A stretch of 64,000 nucleotides of DNA from Isurus oxyrinchus. Its lineage: Eukaryota. A program made the translations under genes and the position numbers. The notes beneath the pieces are model-generated. The model worked only from the letters and a program-made list of their open reading frames with translations, made no database searches and had not been told where the DNA came from. Positions 24,400-37,819 of the stretch are shown here, piece by piece. Positions within the stretch are counted from its first letter, which is position 1. Each line of letters begins with the position of its first letter. The DNA lies in assembly GCA_026770705.1 (NCBI GenBank), contig JANJGN010000026.1, positions 32,178,001-32,242,000 of the forward strand. Direction: 5' to 3'.

Positions 24400-24660
24400 A
24401 TTGGTGGAGAAATATTGTCCAGGACAATTCCCCATCTCTCCTTAAAAATAGTACTCATGTGATCCATCATGTCCACCTGAAAGGGTAGGCGGTGTCCTTC
24501 ATTTAACATCTCATCCGAAATCCGGCCCCTCTGATGGTATACCATTCCCTGAGGACTGAACTGAACTATCGTTATCTATCTTGGGGGTCAAGTCTCCAGA
24601 GAGTGACGGAATCCTGAAACGCCTTATTCAGATAAGATGGGGAGAATAACTGAGCCTCGG
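24400..24660 (-). mobile_element. Deu-domain SINE (SacSINE1/AmnSINE1-like)
   Basis: Reverse of TTTAACATCTCATCCGAAA...CCCCTCTGA matches Deu-domain core GGAGGTGCCGTCTTTCGGATGAGACGTTAAA; other copies 55530-55740 and 62960-63170. Confidence 0.7.
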
Positions 24661-25999
24661 TTGAGGAGCAGTGTATGCAGAATGGCCTTTATGTTGTCAT
24701 GCATGTGCACCTTTCTGAAAATGAATACATAGTTTACATATGCCCGTTCAGGTAAGTAAGGACAAATCTTTCATACGGGGCGCAGTGGCCTCTCGACGCC
24801 TCGATCACTGGCCCCCCCTGAACAGGAAGCCAGTGTCCATCAAGGGCTCATCAGTAAATTCCCAGATTGTTGTTTCCGATAGATTACAGGTGTCCCGTTG
24901 AGTGGACAGAATCTGTGAACGGACTGGAGACAGAATCCTCGTAATCCCAGGGCGTAGTGACCCCTGGACAACACAAGCCAGGAAAAAGGATTGAAATAAA
25001 GAGAAGGAAATGTACAAAATAAACCTTAATGTTCCCCCTGGAAACGGGGGACCATTAAATTTTACCCCGGAATTAAATATCACTCGGTAATCGTCTTTTA
25101 CAGACTCGGGATGTCAGTCAGCACTTTCCTGGAAGTTTAGTTCCAGTGTAGTCGCTGTTGTGATGTTAGAAATATTATTTACACAGAGGGCAGTGGGAAT
25201 GTTTAATTCTCTGCCTGATTGTCGCTCTGGCCCTTGTACTGGAGTGAATGGATTTGAGTGTCCAGGTATTTTCTGGATACTTTGAAGTTGTGGCCAATAG
25301 TAACCAAAATATTCGATCAGGAAAAGATAGACTCATCTCTCTCGGTCTCTATCTCGGTCTCGGTCTCTGTCACTCTGTCTCGCGCTCTCTCTCATTGTGA
25401 TAAACTTTTACTTCGGGCCATTAAATACAATGATTCATAGGGCTCTATTTCTATGTCTCTTGTATAATTAATCTATTAATTCTTGACCTATATACACTAT
25501 TTTTAGAGTGACGTTTCACGGCGCCAACATAATTCCTGTAATCCCCAGCTGTCACCTGTCAGAGCAATGAACTGACGATTTGGTGCGTTTCTCCAAAGTT
25601 TTAGGTCCTGGAGCTCCATCTAGTGGAGTCTTGTCTGTAAAACAACGACTCTCAATTTATTCTCGAAAATTGCTTCCGGATATTGACTATACTGCCACTT
25701 TATTGTGGATTTTATGGCTTTGGTTTTATTATCACTGTAACTTTTCTCTTTCCATTCTTTTGCTTCTGCTACTTTTACTATTTAATATTCAGCCCTAGAT
25801 TATTTGTCTCTGTTTTCTGACGCCTACGTCACTAAGACAGAACGTGTTTATTTGCAGAAATAGATGAATTTCTTGTTCATAAATTCTTTAACCCGCAACC
25901 GATGTGGTGATGATTGTTCATTTCGGAAGAATGTAAGGCTTGCGAATACCCTAATCATCAAAGAAGTATGTCAACTAAATTTCAGAATGCCAAGTATAT

Positions 26000-26328
26000 G
26001 CGAACATAGGAAATGGGAGCAGAAGGAGGCCTATCGGCCCTTCGAGCCTGCTCCGCCATTCAATAAGATTATGGCTGATCTGATTGTAACCTCCCACCTA
26101 CTCCCGGTTACCTTTCACTCCCTTGTTTATCAAACATCGATCTACCTCTGCCTTGAAAACATTCAAAGACTCTGCTTCCCCTGCCCTTTGAGGAAGGGAG
26201 TTCCAAGGGCTCACTACTTTCTGAGTGAAAAAAAATTCTCATCTCTGTCTTAAGTGGGAGACCCTTTATTTTTAAACAGTGACCCTTAGTTCTAGAATCT
26301 CCCACAAGAGGAAAGATCCTTTCCACGT
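26000..26328 (-). mobile_element. CR1 3' fragment
   Basis: IFPLVGDSRTKGHCLKIKG. Confidence 0.8.
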
Positions 26329-26516
26329 GTGATTTTTATTTGTACAGAGGGTTAATCTGTATGTTATATTGTCATGTTATTACAAATAATAAAAATAATT
26401 TCATTCCATTAAATTACTTGGATGATGAACTGCTTTTTTTGCAGGATTGACTTGTATCACTCTTCTTGCTTCTAAAACACATGCTCTGATTGTCTCCCGA
26501 GTCCCCATGTCGAGTG

Positions 26517-26790
26517 AGTTCTAGCACAGTCTCCTCCCCTCCTTGTCTCCCCGTGTTTCACCGCACTGTACTAAACCGCAGCATCTGAGAACTTAACCGA
26601 GTGAACGGTGATAGTGGCAGAGCCTTTCTCACCCTCCATAGATACCTTAAACCTTCCCTTAACCCTTTCATCACTGAATATGGAGCCGAGATGCTGGGGA
26701 GTTCGATTGCAGAATTGCTGATACAAGAATATAAGTTCATTTACAGCGAAAGTAGAGTTATGGTTAAGCAAAATTATTTCTGTTGCGTTC
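26517..26790 (-). pseudogene. TCR V pseudogene, FR1 partly deleted
   Basis: FLYQQFCNRTPQHLG...RVKGRFKVSMEGEKGSATITVHSVKFSDAAV*YSAVK; RSS CACGGGG-23-GCTAGAACT (26517-26555). Confidence 0.8.
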
Positions 26791-27224
26791 CTGAAAAACA
26801 GATATCTGATTTTTTTTTCCCATTGGGAGCATGTAGCTTTCAAAATAAGAAGAAAATTAACATATTGAGATACACAAGGGAAATTAAATAAAGTGATTGT
26901 GGAAATAGGTAGAATAACCTCATGAATCCACTCATCTGCCTATCCACCCTTGGTCCACCTGAGTTAGCGGTTCTGTAAGAATAGCCCATAATTATCAGCT
27001 ATAGGAACTGTAGTTCTGAGAGCTTTCATTACCTCTGTTCGCAGATCGATATTCCGGAGAGGCTCGGAGCTATTAACCCTATAAATGGCGGCGTGGAGTT
27101 AAGTTTACATATTTCCCAAAACTGCTTCTCTGTGGATTTGTTCAAGGACAAACAGGACAATAAAACTGCGGTAAATAGACCTGTCTGTTTCCCTTCTCTG
27201 GAACCCGGGAGCAAAAACCGCTCA

Positions 27225-27794
27225 GGTTTTTGTACGGTGTTGTGGCTGTGATCTAACGCTGTGCCTCATTACACAGTAATACACCGCCCCGTCCTCCACA
27301 CTCAATTCGATTATATTGAGGCAACCGTTCTTTTGAGACTGGTCAGCAGCCGCCAGATATCGTGCTGAAATGTCATCTTCCTTCAGTGCTAAGGTAACGG
27401 TAATAATCCATCTTGGTGGCTGTGCAGCTTGCTGCCGGTACCATTGCATGTAGTACATATTCCGATCTGTATACTCACAGTCTAACTGCACCGAACGCCC
27501 ATCTGACACCGTTATTGCCACTGGGGACTGAGTTACTGGATCTGCTCATAGCCTGCCTGTGAGGAAGAGAAATGAAATATCAAGCGGTTAAGCAGTGTTG
27601 ATCAAAATTTGTTTCTAGCTGTGTGAGTTTGTGGAAACTCCTATCGACCTAGCTGTCCATCATATGGATATTTCTGATCGTTAATAGTTTTAAATATTGT
27701 CGCAACCTCTTAACCGCAGATTAATCTAATCTGCCTTGATGAATTTAATCCAGTGTTTACTGTCCAACAGCGCCGCCAGTATTATCAGAAACTT
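27225..27794 (-). pseudogene. TCR V pseudogene, family C (leader 27761-27794, V exon 27264-27556, RSS 27225-27263)
   Basis: V domain open from ADPVTQ to YYCVMR, but start ATG->AAG and TGT->TGA at 27546-27548 relative to the paralogue at 32.2 kb; RSS CACAGCG-23-ACAAAAACC intact. Confidence 0.9.
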
Positions 27795-28999
27795 GTCTGA
27801 GTGAATCTCTCTCAGAGAATGTGAATGGAATGAGCCAGAGATTGAGAAGGAGAGAGGGAACCCGGGCTCTGTTCAGCTCATTGCTCCACCCATACACTGC
27901 AGGGACCGAGCCCATTGTGACTTCACTCAGGAAACCATCCCTATTGGCTTTGGCCTTTCCACCACATGACGCAGTGACTCCCATGCTTGAACTTGGCGCC
28001 CGTCGCTGGTGATTTCGGTTCAATCCGTGTTTGGATGCAGCCGTTGATTGGATTGAGGGTTTATTGAAATGCACATCAAGACACGAATGTTCCCCAGAAG
28101 CCAAAATTGGAGCTGTTTAGACACAATCATCGTTCCTACCGATGTTTATGCCGGAGCGTGATGTTAAATCTGTACGAATCATCGCTGAAGTTTTGTGTCC
28201 AAAACCTAGGCGCGACGAAGAAGAAGGAATGTCAAGATTTTGGAGAAATTGCCGGACGCTGTATACCAGAATGGCACCAGAGATGAGGAAAGTTTACGCG
28301 AATAGGCAAGAGAAACTTGGATTTTTGCCCTCGTAACAAAGACAGTAGAAGAGAGACTCAACTGATGTGCTAAAAATTATGCCCCTTTGAGAGGTTAGGT
28401 CGCAATCTCTTCCATTTTCAGAAGATTCAATAACCAAATAATTTTGATTTCATGAAAACAATAGAGAGGGAAAGATATGTTTTATTTATTACATTGTATG
28501 TGTTACCATCTAAAACACCATGCTTGAAATGATGGGGGAAGGAGATTTAATCGCAAATTTCAATACGGAGTTGTTATAAGTTGAAAAAAGAAAACAAAGT
28601 GGAAAATGCGGGGTTTGAAAGGCGATTGGTATGGGTCTTTCAAATAGACATAGATACTGCAAGTGGCGTCCTCATTCCACTTTGTAAGTTTCTATGATTC
28701 TGCTCCCTTTCTGCCCCTCCCGCATTATTTATTATTAGCCATTTGATGTGTGAAAAGGCGCAGGATGCTCACAGGCTTCTGGAGTTTCAACCATCGCTAT
28801 TTCCTCTCCATCAGTTCCGGCTGCAGCTGATCACCGCCGCGCACTTTTATCAGTTTTCAATCTGCTGCATCCCCGGCCACAGCTTCCGTTTGTTCCTCTC
28901 CTCTGACCCGATTTTGTTCTTGGAGGTATTGCTTCCCCATTCTGCCATTGGACAGATCAGCAATGCAGTGAACCAGCGACCTGATTTGAAATAGAGATG

Positions 29000-29258
29000 A
29001 TGCGAGTTTATTTTTTCACTCACAAAGTCGTGAGTATTTGAAACTCTCTCCCTGAAAAGGCGGTGGAAGCAGAGTTTTTATATATTTTAAGGTAGTTGTG
29101 GATATATCCTTGGTAAGGGAGGGAGTGAAATGTTATCGGGTGTAGGTAGGGTGCACATTTCAGATTATAATCAGATCAGCTAGGATTTTATTAAATGGTG
29201 GAGCAGGTTCGAGGGGCTAAATGGCTTATTCCTGCTCCTTGTACGTATGCTTGTATGA
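29000..29258 (+). mobile_element. CR1 3' fragment
   Basis: AATGGTGGAGCAGGTTCGAGGGGCTAAATGGCTTATTCCTGCTCC tail. Confidence 0.7.
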
Positions 29259-29635
29259 CCTGACGGATAATTACCCGCACTGAACATCGACAGACTCAAG
29301 AATTATCACTGTTAAAGTTTCGGTCAGCCGTCATACAGCAGAATCACATGTACACATGTTCAGTAAAATGTCCGAATCGACTCAACTGATTATAATCCTA
29401 CAATTAATCAACGCTGAAGATGTTCTCACAATGAAGACTGCTCTCAACGAATGACTATTTCTCCTAGCAGATACTTTATGCTGTGACTGTCACAATCTCT
29501 GATCATAGCCGCTATTTCAAGGGTTTGATAAAGCTAGCGGCAGCCTCCATTTGCTGCTCTGGTTCTGAACCATCATGCCTGCTCTGTGTTATTGGAGAGA
29601 TCGCTGCAGCAGTTCCGGGCTGTAAACAGGAGGGA

Positions 29636-30083
29636 GGTTTTTGTACAATGACTGCCGCCTTTCCTCTCAGAGTGGGGCTCTATCGCATAGTAGCACACAG
29701 CGGTATCCGCGCTCTCCGTCTTCTCAATTGGCCCCGTTTGTCCTCGGTGGAAAGTTCCAATTCGAGTCGGTCCTTTCTATCGTTACCAGCCGTTATTCTC
29801 TTCATTATCCACTCCAGCCGCTGACCGGGCTGCTGTTTGTACCAATACATTCCGTAAATGCTGGACATGTCATAGCTGCAGTTTATCTGCACGAAATCCC
29901 CGCCCTGGACTATTCTCGCATTGGGAAACTGGAACACTTGTTCCGGACGACATCGACCTGTAAGAATTTAGACAATGAGACATTGAAGCAACGTGTGTAT
30001 AAACAGATACTCTCTACAGGTTACTGAATAAAACCCCAATACTTTCAAGTTAGTAGCACTAGAATGACAGGGAGTAGATTCAT
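29636..30083 (-). pseudogene. TCR V pseudogene (leader ~30043-30083, V exon 29675-29957)
   Basis: MNLLPVILVLLT*; GRCRPEQVFQFPNARIVQGGDFVQINCSYDMSSIYGMYWYKQQPGQRLEWI...; FR3 frameshift, YYC->CYY; RSS CACTCTG-23-ACAAAAACC. Confidence 0.88.
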
Positions 30084-32162
30084 TTGTGTCGTAATGCATT
30101 CCTGCAATTAAAGTATCAGTAAGAAAAGGAAGCACAGCTCACATCAGCAGAGCACGGTTCGTCTGAGCGAAGTCAGTAGTCGGTTCATGTGACAGGGAGG
30201 GATAATGTTCCAGTCACGTGGTTTTGCTGCTGTTGGATTGGTTAGAAATAGACTTTGTTCTCGTGGCCTAAGGATGTTGTTTTTGACCCCCTTCTCATTT
30301 CTCCATCGGTTCCCATTGGAACATTTCAATTGTCGAAACTCCAGGAATTTCCTTCACTCCTTGTGGTGCGATGTGAGCGGAACGCAATAACTTTGCGGCA
30401 CTGACTCTCTAAAGGGACAAGCTTGGGCTCTGCGTCTTTGTAACCATTTGAAACTCTGTACAAAGATTGTCTTAAGGAATGAATTCAGCTTGTTGTTAAA
30501 ATCCTATCTTGTGATCTGTCGTGCTGAAATTGTACTTTTAAACTCCCATAACTGTAAGATTCCTGAATCTGCATCGGGACAGAATTGAAGGAGAAACGCA
30601 TTGGCGCTTTTCGGTGATTCATCATACACCTGTGTGTATCATACTCCTGGCAGCATTGCCCGTGGAGCTGGTTCAAACCCCCTTAGGGCGAGGGATAGGG
30701 TGGGGTCTACATAACTGGAAGAGAGTGAAAACTGAGCATGAAAGTCTTCCCTCGCAGCTTTAACATAAATTAGTCAAGGATGTGATGCAGGGAAAGAAAC
30801 CAAATGCAGGGCGGTGTCAATGTATCACTTTCCATTTTAACTTTGACCTTCAGCAAAGACACAGTTGATGCGATTTGCAAAAAAAATTCAGACAGCGAGT
30901 AGTAATGGGGTGTAATTCACCGCCGGGAAGTTTGGTCATTCCAGAGGGCATTGGATGATTAATTAAATAGAAACAATGTGCAGGATTATGATGGAAAGGC
31001 AGGAGATTGGCATTAAGTTAAAATGCTCAGAGAACCGGTGAAGACACGATGGGCTAAATGGCCTCTTTCTACACCGTAATAATTCTGTGATTCTTTATTT
31101 ATGTGATGTTGGATATTGGTGTGTGTCTTCTGTTTACACCACTTACTGTTTTATCTATCTTCCACACCCGGTGTTCAGCTGCCTCATGCTCAGCTATCAT
31201 TGTCTAATATTGGATGGAATGCGTTAGATATGATAAAGCCGTACATGTAATCATTGTTGTCTGATGTATTTGAGATAATTCAGAGATAATTCAATTCAGA
31301 GACAATTGTCAGAGAAATAATGTTTTATCCAATTGTCAAAGAAATAATGTTTTATTTATCGTATAGGACTTGATCCAAAGAATAAACATTCATATCGGCT
31401 GCCCCCTGCTGCCTGTTCTGAGGAATGACCAGATGTGGTGAGCAGGGAGTGGGAAATTGTGTCTGTGTTCAATCGCCTGTCTGCAGTCCCTCTTTAAAGA
31501 CGCTCTGTGGTAACGGCACTTGTCTGATATTCAGGTCAGAAAGAAAGGGTTTGCATCATTACTTCAAGGACTAGAATGAGGGAATGTATAGGATTGTAGG
31601 TAATGTGTGGGGTCCAGGGAAAAGATGAGACCATCAAGCATGCAAAAGGAATGGATGGAGAATAGATAAGCTCAGGTGCCACTGACGAATTTGCGAAGTT
31701 GACTTGTACTGGAAACGGAAGTTGAAAATGTCAAGTATTATATTTGTGCCGATGCACCTCGTATGAGTTATGTTGAGTGCTTTGTTCTGTTGCCTCGTTA
31801 GCAAGGGCCAGGTGACTCTTGCTCTGTAGGTTGAATCACTTGTGCTGTTCTTCTTTACCACTTTGTCAGAACTAATTGGAATTCTCAATGTGAATCTCTT
31901 TCCGGGTAATTTTCAGCCATAGCAACTAAAGTCTTTGAGCTTTAATCACCTCTGCCGGCACATCAATACTCCGGGTTTATATTGAGCTTGAAAAAGGCGG
32001 AATGGTGATAAGCCCCAAGATTTTCCAAGACGGGGCAACGACAGTAATATAACAGTACGAAAAACAGACCTGACAGCTTTTGCCTGCTGTGAACTCGAGA
32101 TCAAATACTTCCCTCCGACAAGGCACGAAAGAGAGCTGATCGGAGCTGCAAATGCTCACTGA

Positions 32163-32706
32163 GGTTTTTGTACGGGGTTCTCGCTGTGAACTGACGCTGT
32201 GCCTCACTGCACAGTAATACACCGCCCCGTCCTCCACACTCAGTTCGCTTATATTGAGGTAACCGTTCTTTTTAGACTGGTCAGCAGCCGCCAGGTATCG
32301 TCCTGAGATTTTATCCTCCTTCAGTGCTAAGACATTGGTAATAATCCAACTTGGTGGCTGTGCTGTCTGCTGCCGATACCATTGCATGTAATCCACATTC
32401 CGATCTGTATATTCACAGTGTAACTGCACCGAACCACCTTCTAACATCATTATTGCCATCGGGGCCTGAGTTACTGCGTCCTCACATAGTCTACCTGTGA
32501 GGGGAGAGGAACGAAGTGTCAAAAGGTTAAGAAGAGGTGTGCGCATGTCAAAGCTTCCGTCTAACAGCTATCAATAATATGGCAATTTATGATGGATAAT
32601 TATATTAAACGTTATTCGGAACATTTGCACTAATCTGCTAATCCGCCTTGATTGAATTAATTCAGCACTTACTGTCGAACAGCGCAGCCAGTATTATGAG
32701 AAACAT
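32163..32706 (-). CDS. TRAV/DV: Intact TCR alpha/delta V gene, family C (leader 32673-32706, V exon 32202-32494, RSS 32163-32201)
   Basis: MFLIILAALFD|SRLCEDAVTQAPMAIMMLEGGSVQLHCEYTDRNVDYMQWYRQQTAQPPSWIITNVLALKEDKISGRYLAAADQSKKNGYLNISELSVEDGAVYYCAVR; GTAAGT donor; CACAGCG-23-ACAAAAACC. Confidence 0.93.
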
Positions 32707-34044
32707 GTCTGACTGAATCTCTCTCAGTAAATGGTGATAGGATGAGTCAGAGATTGAGAAGGAGGGAACCCGGGCTCTGTTCAGCTCATCGTTCCACCCA
32801 CACACTGCAGTGGGCCAGGCCATTGTGACCTCACTCTGGCTACCACTCCTATTGGCTTCGACGCTGCGCATCACGTGACCTTGACATGACCATGCTTGGA
32901 CTTGGCGCCTTCTGCTGGCGGATTCTTTTCAGTCCGGTTGAGAAAGCGACAATTCAGCGTGTTCAGGGTGAATTGAAATCCATAGCACGACATTTATTTC
33001 ACGCAATGTTTCTGTGAAATTTAAACTGGAGCTGCTTGGACATAGTCTTTCCTTAACTCTTAATATTTATGTGATAATGCGGCGTTAACTGCGTAGAACA
33101 TTCACTGCAGTCTCCTATCCAATCCTGGGCGGGACAAATTTGAAAGAATATGAAGATTTAGGAGAACGTGTGGAGGCTGCACATCAAACTCATGCCAGGG
33201 ATGTTAGACATTAATGCGAACAGACTAAGGAAACTGCTATTCTACCCCTTATAACAACCCTATAACAAGCAGGGTGCAAGGCCGAATTAATTGACGTGTT
33301 CAAACGCATGTGGTTTTGACACAGCCTACCGCACGTGATCGTTTCCGTTAACAGAAGATTCAGTAGCGAAATCGTCCCGATTTCGTGGAAGAAAATGGAT
33401 GGGGAAAGATACATTTTATTTGTTACATTGCGATACTTTACCATCAAGAATACGGTGCTAAATTATAGGGGGAAGGAGATTCATGGGTAAATTTCTTCAA
33501 GGAGTTACAAGCTTGGAATGGGGTGGGGGGGGGGGCGGTGCGGGGTGTGGGGGAGGGAGCAATAATGAGCGAGAGGGTAGATGATTGCCATAACTCTTTC
33601 GAATAGGTACGGTAAGCCGAATTCTCACTCCATTCCATGGCTTTCAATGCTTCTGGTGCCTTCAGCCCCCTCCCGCACTATTTGTTCGCAGTCCCTTGAA
33701 AAGCGAGCATGAGCAGGATGAATGTAGATTTCCTGAGGTACAACCGTCGCTTTTTCCGCTCCAACACGCCCGGAAGCAGCTGAGCGTCAGCGCACACTCC
33801 TGTCAGTCTTGAGTCTGCACTATCCCCGGCCACTGCTTCCGCTTCCCGCTCTCGCTCTGCCCAGACTGTGGAATCGGAGAGATTGCTGCCGCTGGTCCGT
33901 TCCAGCCATTGCTTAGAACAGCAGTACAGCTGGTCGGGGATCTGCATTTCTGCTCTGAAAGATAATTTCCTGCATCGAGCAAAGACTGGCAAAGGAACTG
34001 TCATGGGGAGCCGTCTCGTACCGCTCCTCGTTAGAGAATTAAAT

Positions 34045-34500
34045 AACCAGGGTCTATCATGACTTAAACATGAAAGAGCATAATGTTTGGTGCAGCAGTA
34101 GCTGAAGCATGTCCTTGCATAGTATGAACAGAGTCATGGCATATTTTATTGATAAATTAATCAGTGCATTGTGTGACATAAGCAAATAAATTATCTAATG
34201 CAGTAACAATGAAACGGGGCCCAGTGTAATTTAACGGGAGGCAGTGAAATGTGTAATATGAACAGCGGCACGGTCTAGTGTAGCGGCAGCAAATACAGAG
34301 CCCAGAGCAATATTAACACAGGCTGGGCATTGCATAGTAATTCACGATATACTGTCTTGTGTAATATAAATAAAGGCAGGACTTGATGCAATAAAACAGG
34401 GAAATTATCAAGTGCAGTATGAGACAGGCTCCCGTGCAATACAAAGAGAGATAATTGCCTTGATAATCGAGACATATGCAAACGTGAAATATCACTCGGC
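34045..34500. repeat. Highly decayed block of the 27-bp satellite seen at 0.6-2.9 kb
   Basis: CACGGTCTAGTGTAG, GTCTTGTGTAATATAAA, GTGCAGTATGAGACAGG. Confidence 0.55.
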
Positions 34501-36079
34501 AAATGTAGATTTTGTGTCGTGAATGGATTTCAACTTCTCACGAGATCATTCCAAAGCTGATTGCGAAGTTATTGACAGGATAGGCATTCGAATCGATTGA
34601 GGTGAGAGAAATCTATATTTTTTAACCTGTGGATCTTTGGGTGTGACAAAGAGAAATGAACTGCCCAATTTAATCCAACTTGGTTCTAGAAGCGCAAGAA
34701 AAATTGAACCACTGAACTTTTGATAGTCAAGTCCAAGTCCAGGATGGATGCAGTTATCTCCATGAAGTTTAGCTGACTGACTCTATGTGTGACCTATCTA
34801 ATGTTGACAAGAGATCGGCGCTTCCACATAGAGGCTGCAGGTGATTCCTGGGGTTTTGCTGCCATCTGGAGGAGTAAATTAGAATTTCCCCCAACCAATA
34901 TTTTCATCAACTTCGAGAACGATTGTTCACAAATTTCTTTTGCAAGAAGTTCAGAAGACTATGATGATTTAATAATTGCAGTTAGTGCAATATAAAGCGC
35001 AGTTAACGAATCAAATTGCTAAGCATCTTGCAATGATTAAATGATGAAATGTTTGCGCAGATTGCCTCTTATAACAAAGTCGATCTAAAAAAAATATCGA
35101 CCCGATTTGAAAACCATCAGTTGCAATGAAGAGTTCAGTCTTTCTTTTGTATCTGTAAAGATCCCGTAACATCACTTTTGGTCCTGGGTTGTGATTTACA
35201 TCCTTGAAAATATCCTTGTTGTTTCTTCACTGCCTCAAATTCGCACATTTCACATTTGGAGATTATATGTGTTTTTTTTTAATTAAGTTTTAGGAAAGTC
35301 TTGCGGAAATGGTACCATGCCATTATGCTCTCGTTACAAATAATTAGTGCAAAACAGAAAGCCATTAATATCTCTGGGATATTTACCACTTTCTTGTGTG
35401 AGTGCGCGTGGTCTTATCTAGTCTTTGTGCACTGTCCTTTCCCTGGTTTGTAACTCATTTCCGCCGCCGTTCGGAGACTTTTGCAATCAGACTTTTGTAT
35501 TCAGTCAGTTTCTGACCATCTGTCCAGAATACACCGCACCCGGATTTATAGATTAATACTCCAATAAACATTGTTCATCAGCATTTAATCGTCTCCTGAA
35601 AATAATCTCTTTGTGCCGGTTTATATTATGGATCAGTTTTAATACGTTTAAAGCGCCTTTACTGTTTAGAAGTCTTTAATCGGGCTATTAAAATTATTAG
35701 GATCATCTCCCCCCGATCCATCCCTCTGCTAAAAACAGATATTTTAAACCTAAAATTATTTGTATGTTTTCCGTGTGTTCATTGTGAAACAGTGATACAC
35801 GGATATAACCAGTTTCAGGGCAACTGCAGGTGTTTGTATTCTCAATGGTCGCGGCGAGCTTCCAGAAATCTTCAAATAAACAGAAGCCAATTCTTCCCTC
35901 ACGCAGTGAATGTAATAATCAGACGGAGTCAGTATTCGATGTGAACGATTTTAAGTTGTCTTTGTATGGATTGTGGTCAGGTTTTGCGCGCACAAGAATG
36001 AATTCATATGTCAGTATCTCACCCGCTGTTATATACCCAGCCCTCAGCAGACAGCAGCTGTGACCCAGAAACCTGCGCC

Positions 36080-36225
36080 AGTTATTGTACGAAGCTTTCA
36101 GTCATTGTGAGGTTTTGTGCACAGTAATAGACCGCAATGTCTGACGTTTGCTGTGTCTGCTGCCATTTCCATAACCAGGACAGGAGTGTTTGTTGCAGAG
36201 AAATGAGACATTAACACCGCTCTCT
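36080..36225 (-). pseudogene. Internally deleted V relic with shortened RSS spacer
   Basis: ESGVNVSFLCN...WQQTQQTSDIAVYYCAQN then CACAATG-14 bp-ACAATAACT (36080-36109). Confidence 0.7.
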
Positions 36226-36269
36226 GCTGATCACAGGGAAACAAGAGTAAATATAGACGGTTTCACCTC

Positions 36270-36460
36270 TCAATGACCCGAGAGACAGTTAGATATCTAA
36301 TTGATCTGAGAGACAGTTTGAAATTTTATTGACATTAGAGACAGTTTGCTCTCTAATTGGTCTGAGGGATAGTTTGATCTCTAATTGCCCTTTGGATCTG
36401 TTGGTTCTTCATTTGATTAGAGAGACAGTTTGAACTTTAATTGGCCTGATCGACAGTGTC
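36270..36460. repeat. Short degenerate tandem repeat (~28-30 bp, GAGACAGTTTGATCTCTAATTG)
   Basis: About six recognisable units. Confidence 0.7.
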
Positions 36461-36788
36461 TTGATGGACTCCTCCTCTGCTGTACTGGTTCATTGATCTC
36501 CACCTGCAACTGAACCAAAACATTGTTACCTGTTCAGACCTGCCTCAATATCTCGGTAATGAATTTAATTTGGTTTAATATTTCCAACCCAACCATCAAG
36601 AGCTGATGGTTAGCGACATGAAGAGAAAACGATAGCAGTGAAATTTTAACAGGCTCCAGCCAGCCCTATTGACGCTATCCCTGCAGAATGGATGATATCT
36701 GTGCACCTGTAGTACACAAAGGAGTCAGCACATTGAGGAGAGCAGAGGCCGCTGTAGAGGTGATCTGCTCGGAATGGTTGGTTTATCT

Positions 36789-36820
36789 CTCAGTGCCTCG
36801 CTGCACAGTAATACACCCAA
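36789..36820 (-). pseudogene. Tiny V 3'-end relic (VYYCAAR + CACTGAG)
   Basis: GTGTATTACTGTGCAGCGAGG followed by heptamer-like CACTGAG; no good nonamer. Confidence 0.4.
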
Positions 36821-37819
36821 GACTAATACACCCCAGTTTTTGCTCCCACGGTGCTGGCCCTACGGGGACTGTTATAACATCTTGTTGGGTAAATAAATAG
36901 GTTGAAGAATGTGATAACAGCTGATATGATTAATTTCGAGCCACGGTTCTGTCGAATTCTTAAGCAGTGAATACTCTCAGAGTCTCTGGTGATTAGATTT
37001 TACTGCATTTCAATCGATTGTCCCTCTTGTGTAAAGATCCGCTGTGACTGGTGGATTACAGCCTCTCCACCGATAGCGGCTGTTACAAAAGAGAAGAAAC
37101 ATGTTCTAACGGCGAACACTATTCTCCACAAAGTCCTCACCTAAAGTCAAAATCAGAAGCTGTAATTCCATTCAGTGCGTTTTCCTGGTTTCTGCATTCG
37201 CGGGATCAGAAATATTACTGGAGAATTGATTTAATTTGGGGTCACTGAAATTTACAATCAAAGATATTTTTATGGTAAATACCTTTCATATCGTCAACGA
37301 CGGCAAAGGAGCAAACCGATGCTGATGTCTTTTTTCCACTGACATGCCCTCTGGAGCCAGGTTTCTCATTTTCCCTTTTTACGAAAAGATGCAACTGTCT
37401 CCCAAACCCCAGGAACTGAGGTTTATACTTTTATACAAGGATGGACATCTATTGTGTCTGATAGGGACTGATCAAATCAATTGTTTTGATGCTGCGATTT
37501 CTGCTGAATTTAATTCGAGCCCAGAAAATGAGTCGAGACCGCATTTGGTGTTGAAAATGAAGGCTTTGATATAAAATGGAGAGTTTTTGAGGCCTGTTGT
37601 TGTGGCGAGGAATGTACATGGCTTGTGTTGTTGCTGCGCCCTATTGAGTAATCTCCTCTTCTACAGCAGTAACAGGCTTCTAATCCTGAAGACTCCCCAG
37701 GGAATGGAATGCAAAAGCAACACTTGGATATTTTCAATTATTCAAATAATTACGATGGAATAGAGCGCCGCCTGGGTGGACAAATACTTGTTCTTCAAAC
37801 GTGCCTGTTAAGTGACAGG

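Noticed and set aside
32182-32188. Second heptamer inside RSS spacers (also 62629-62635) as dual 12/23 RSS
   Set aside because: Distances to the nonamer are 10 and 15 bp, not 12+/-1.
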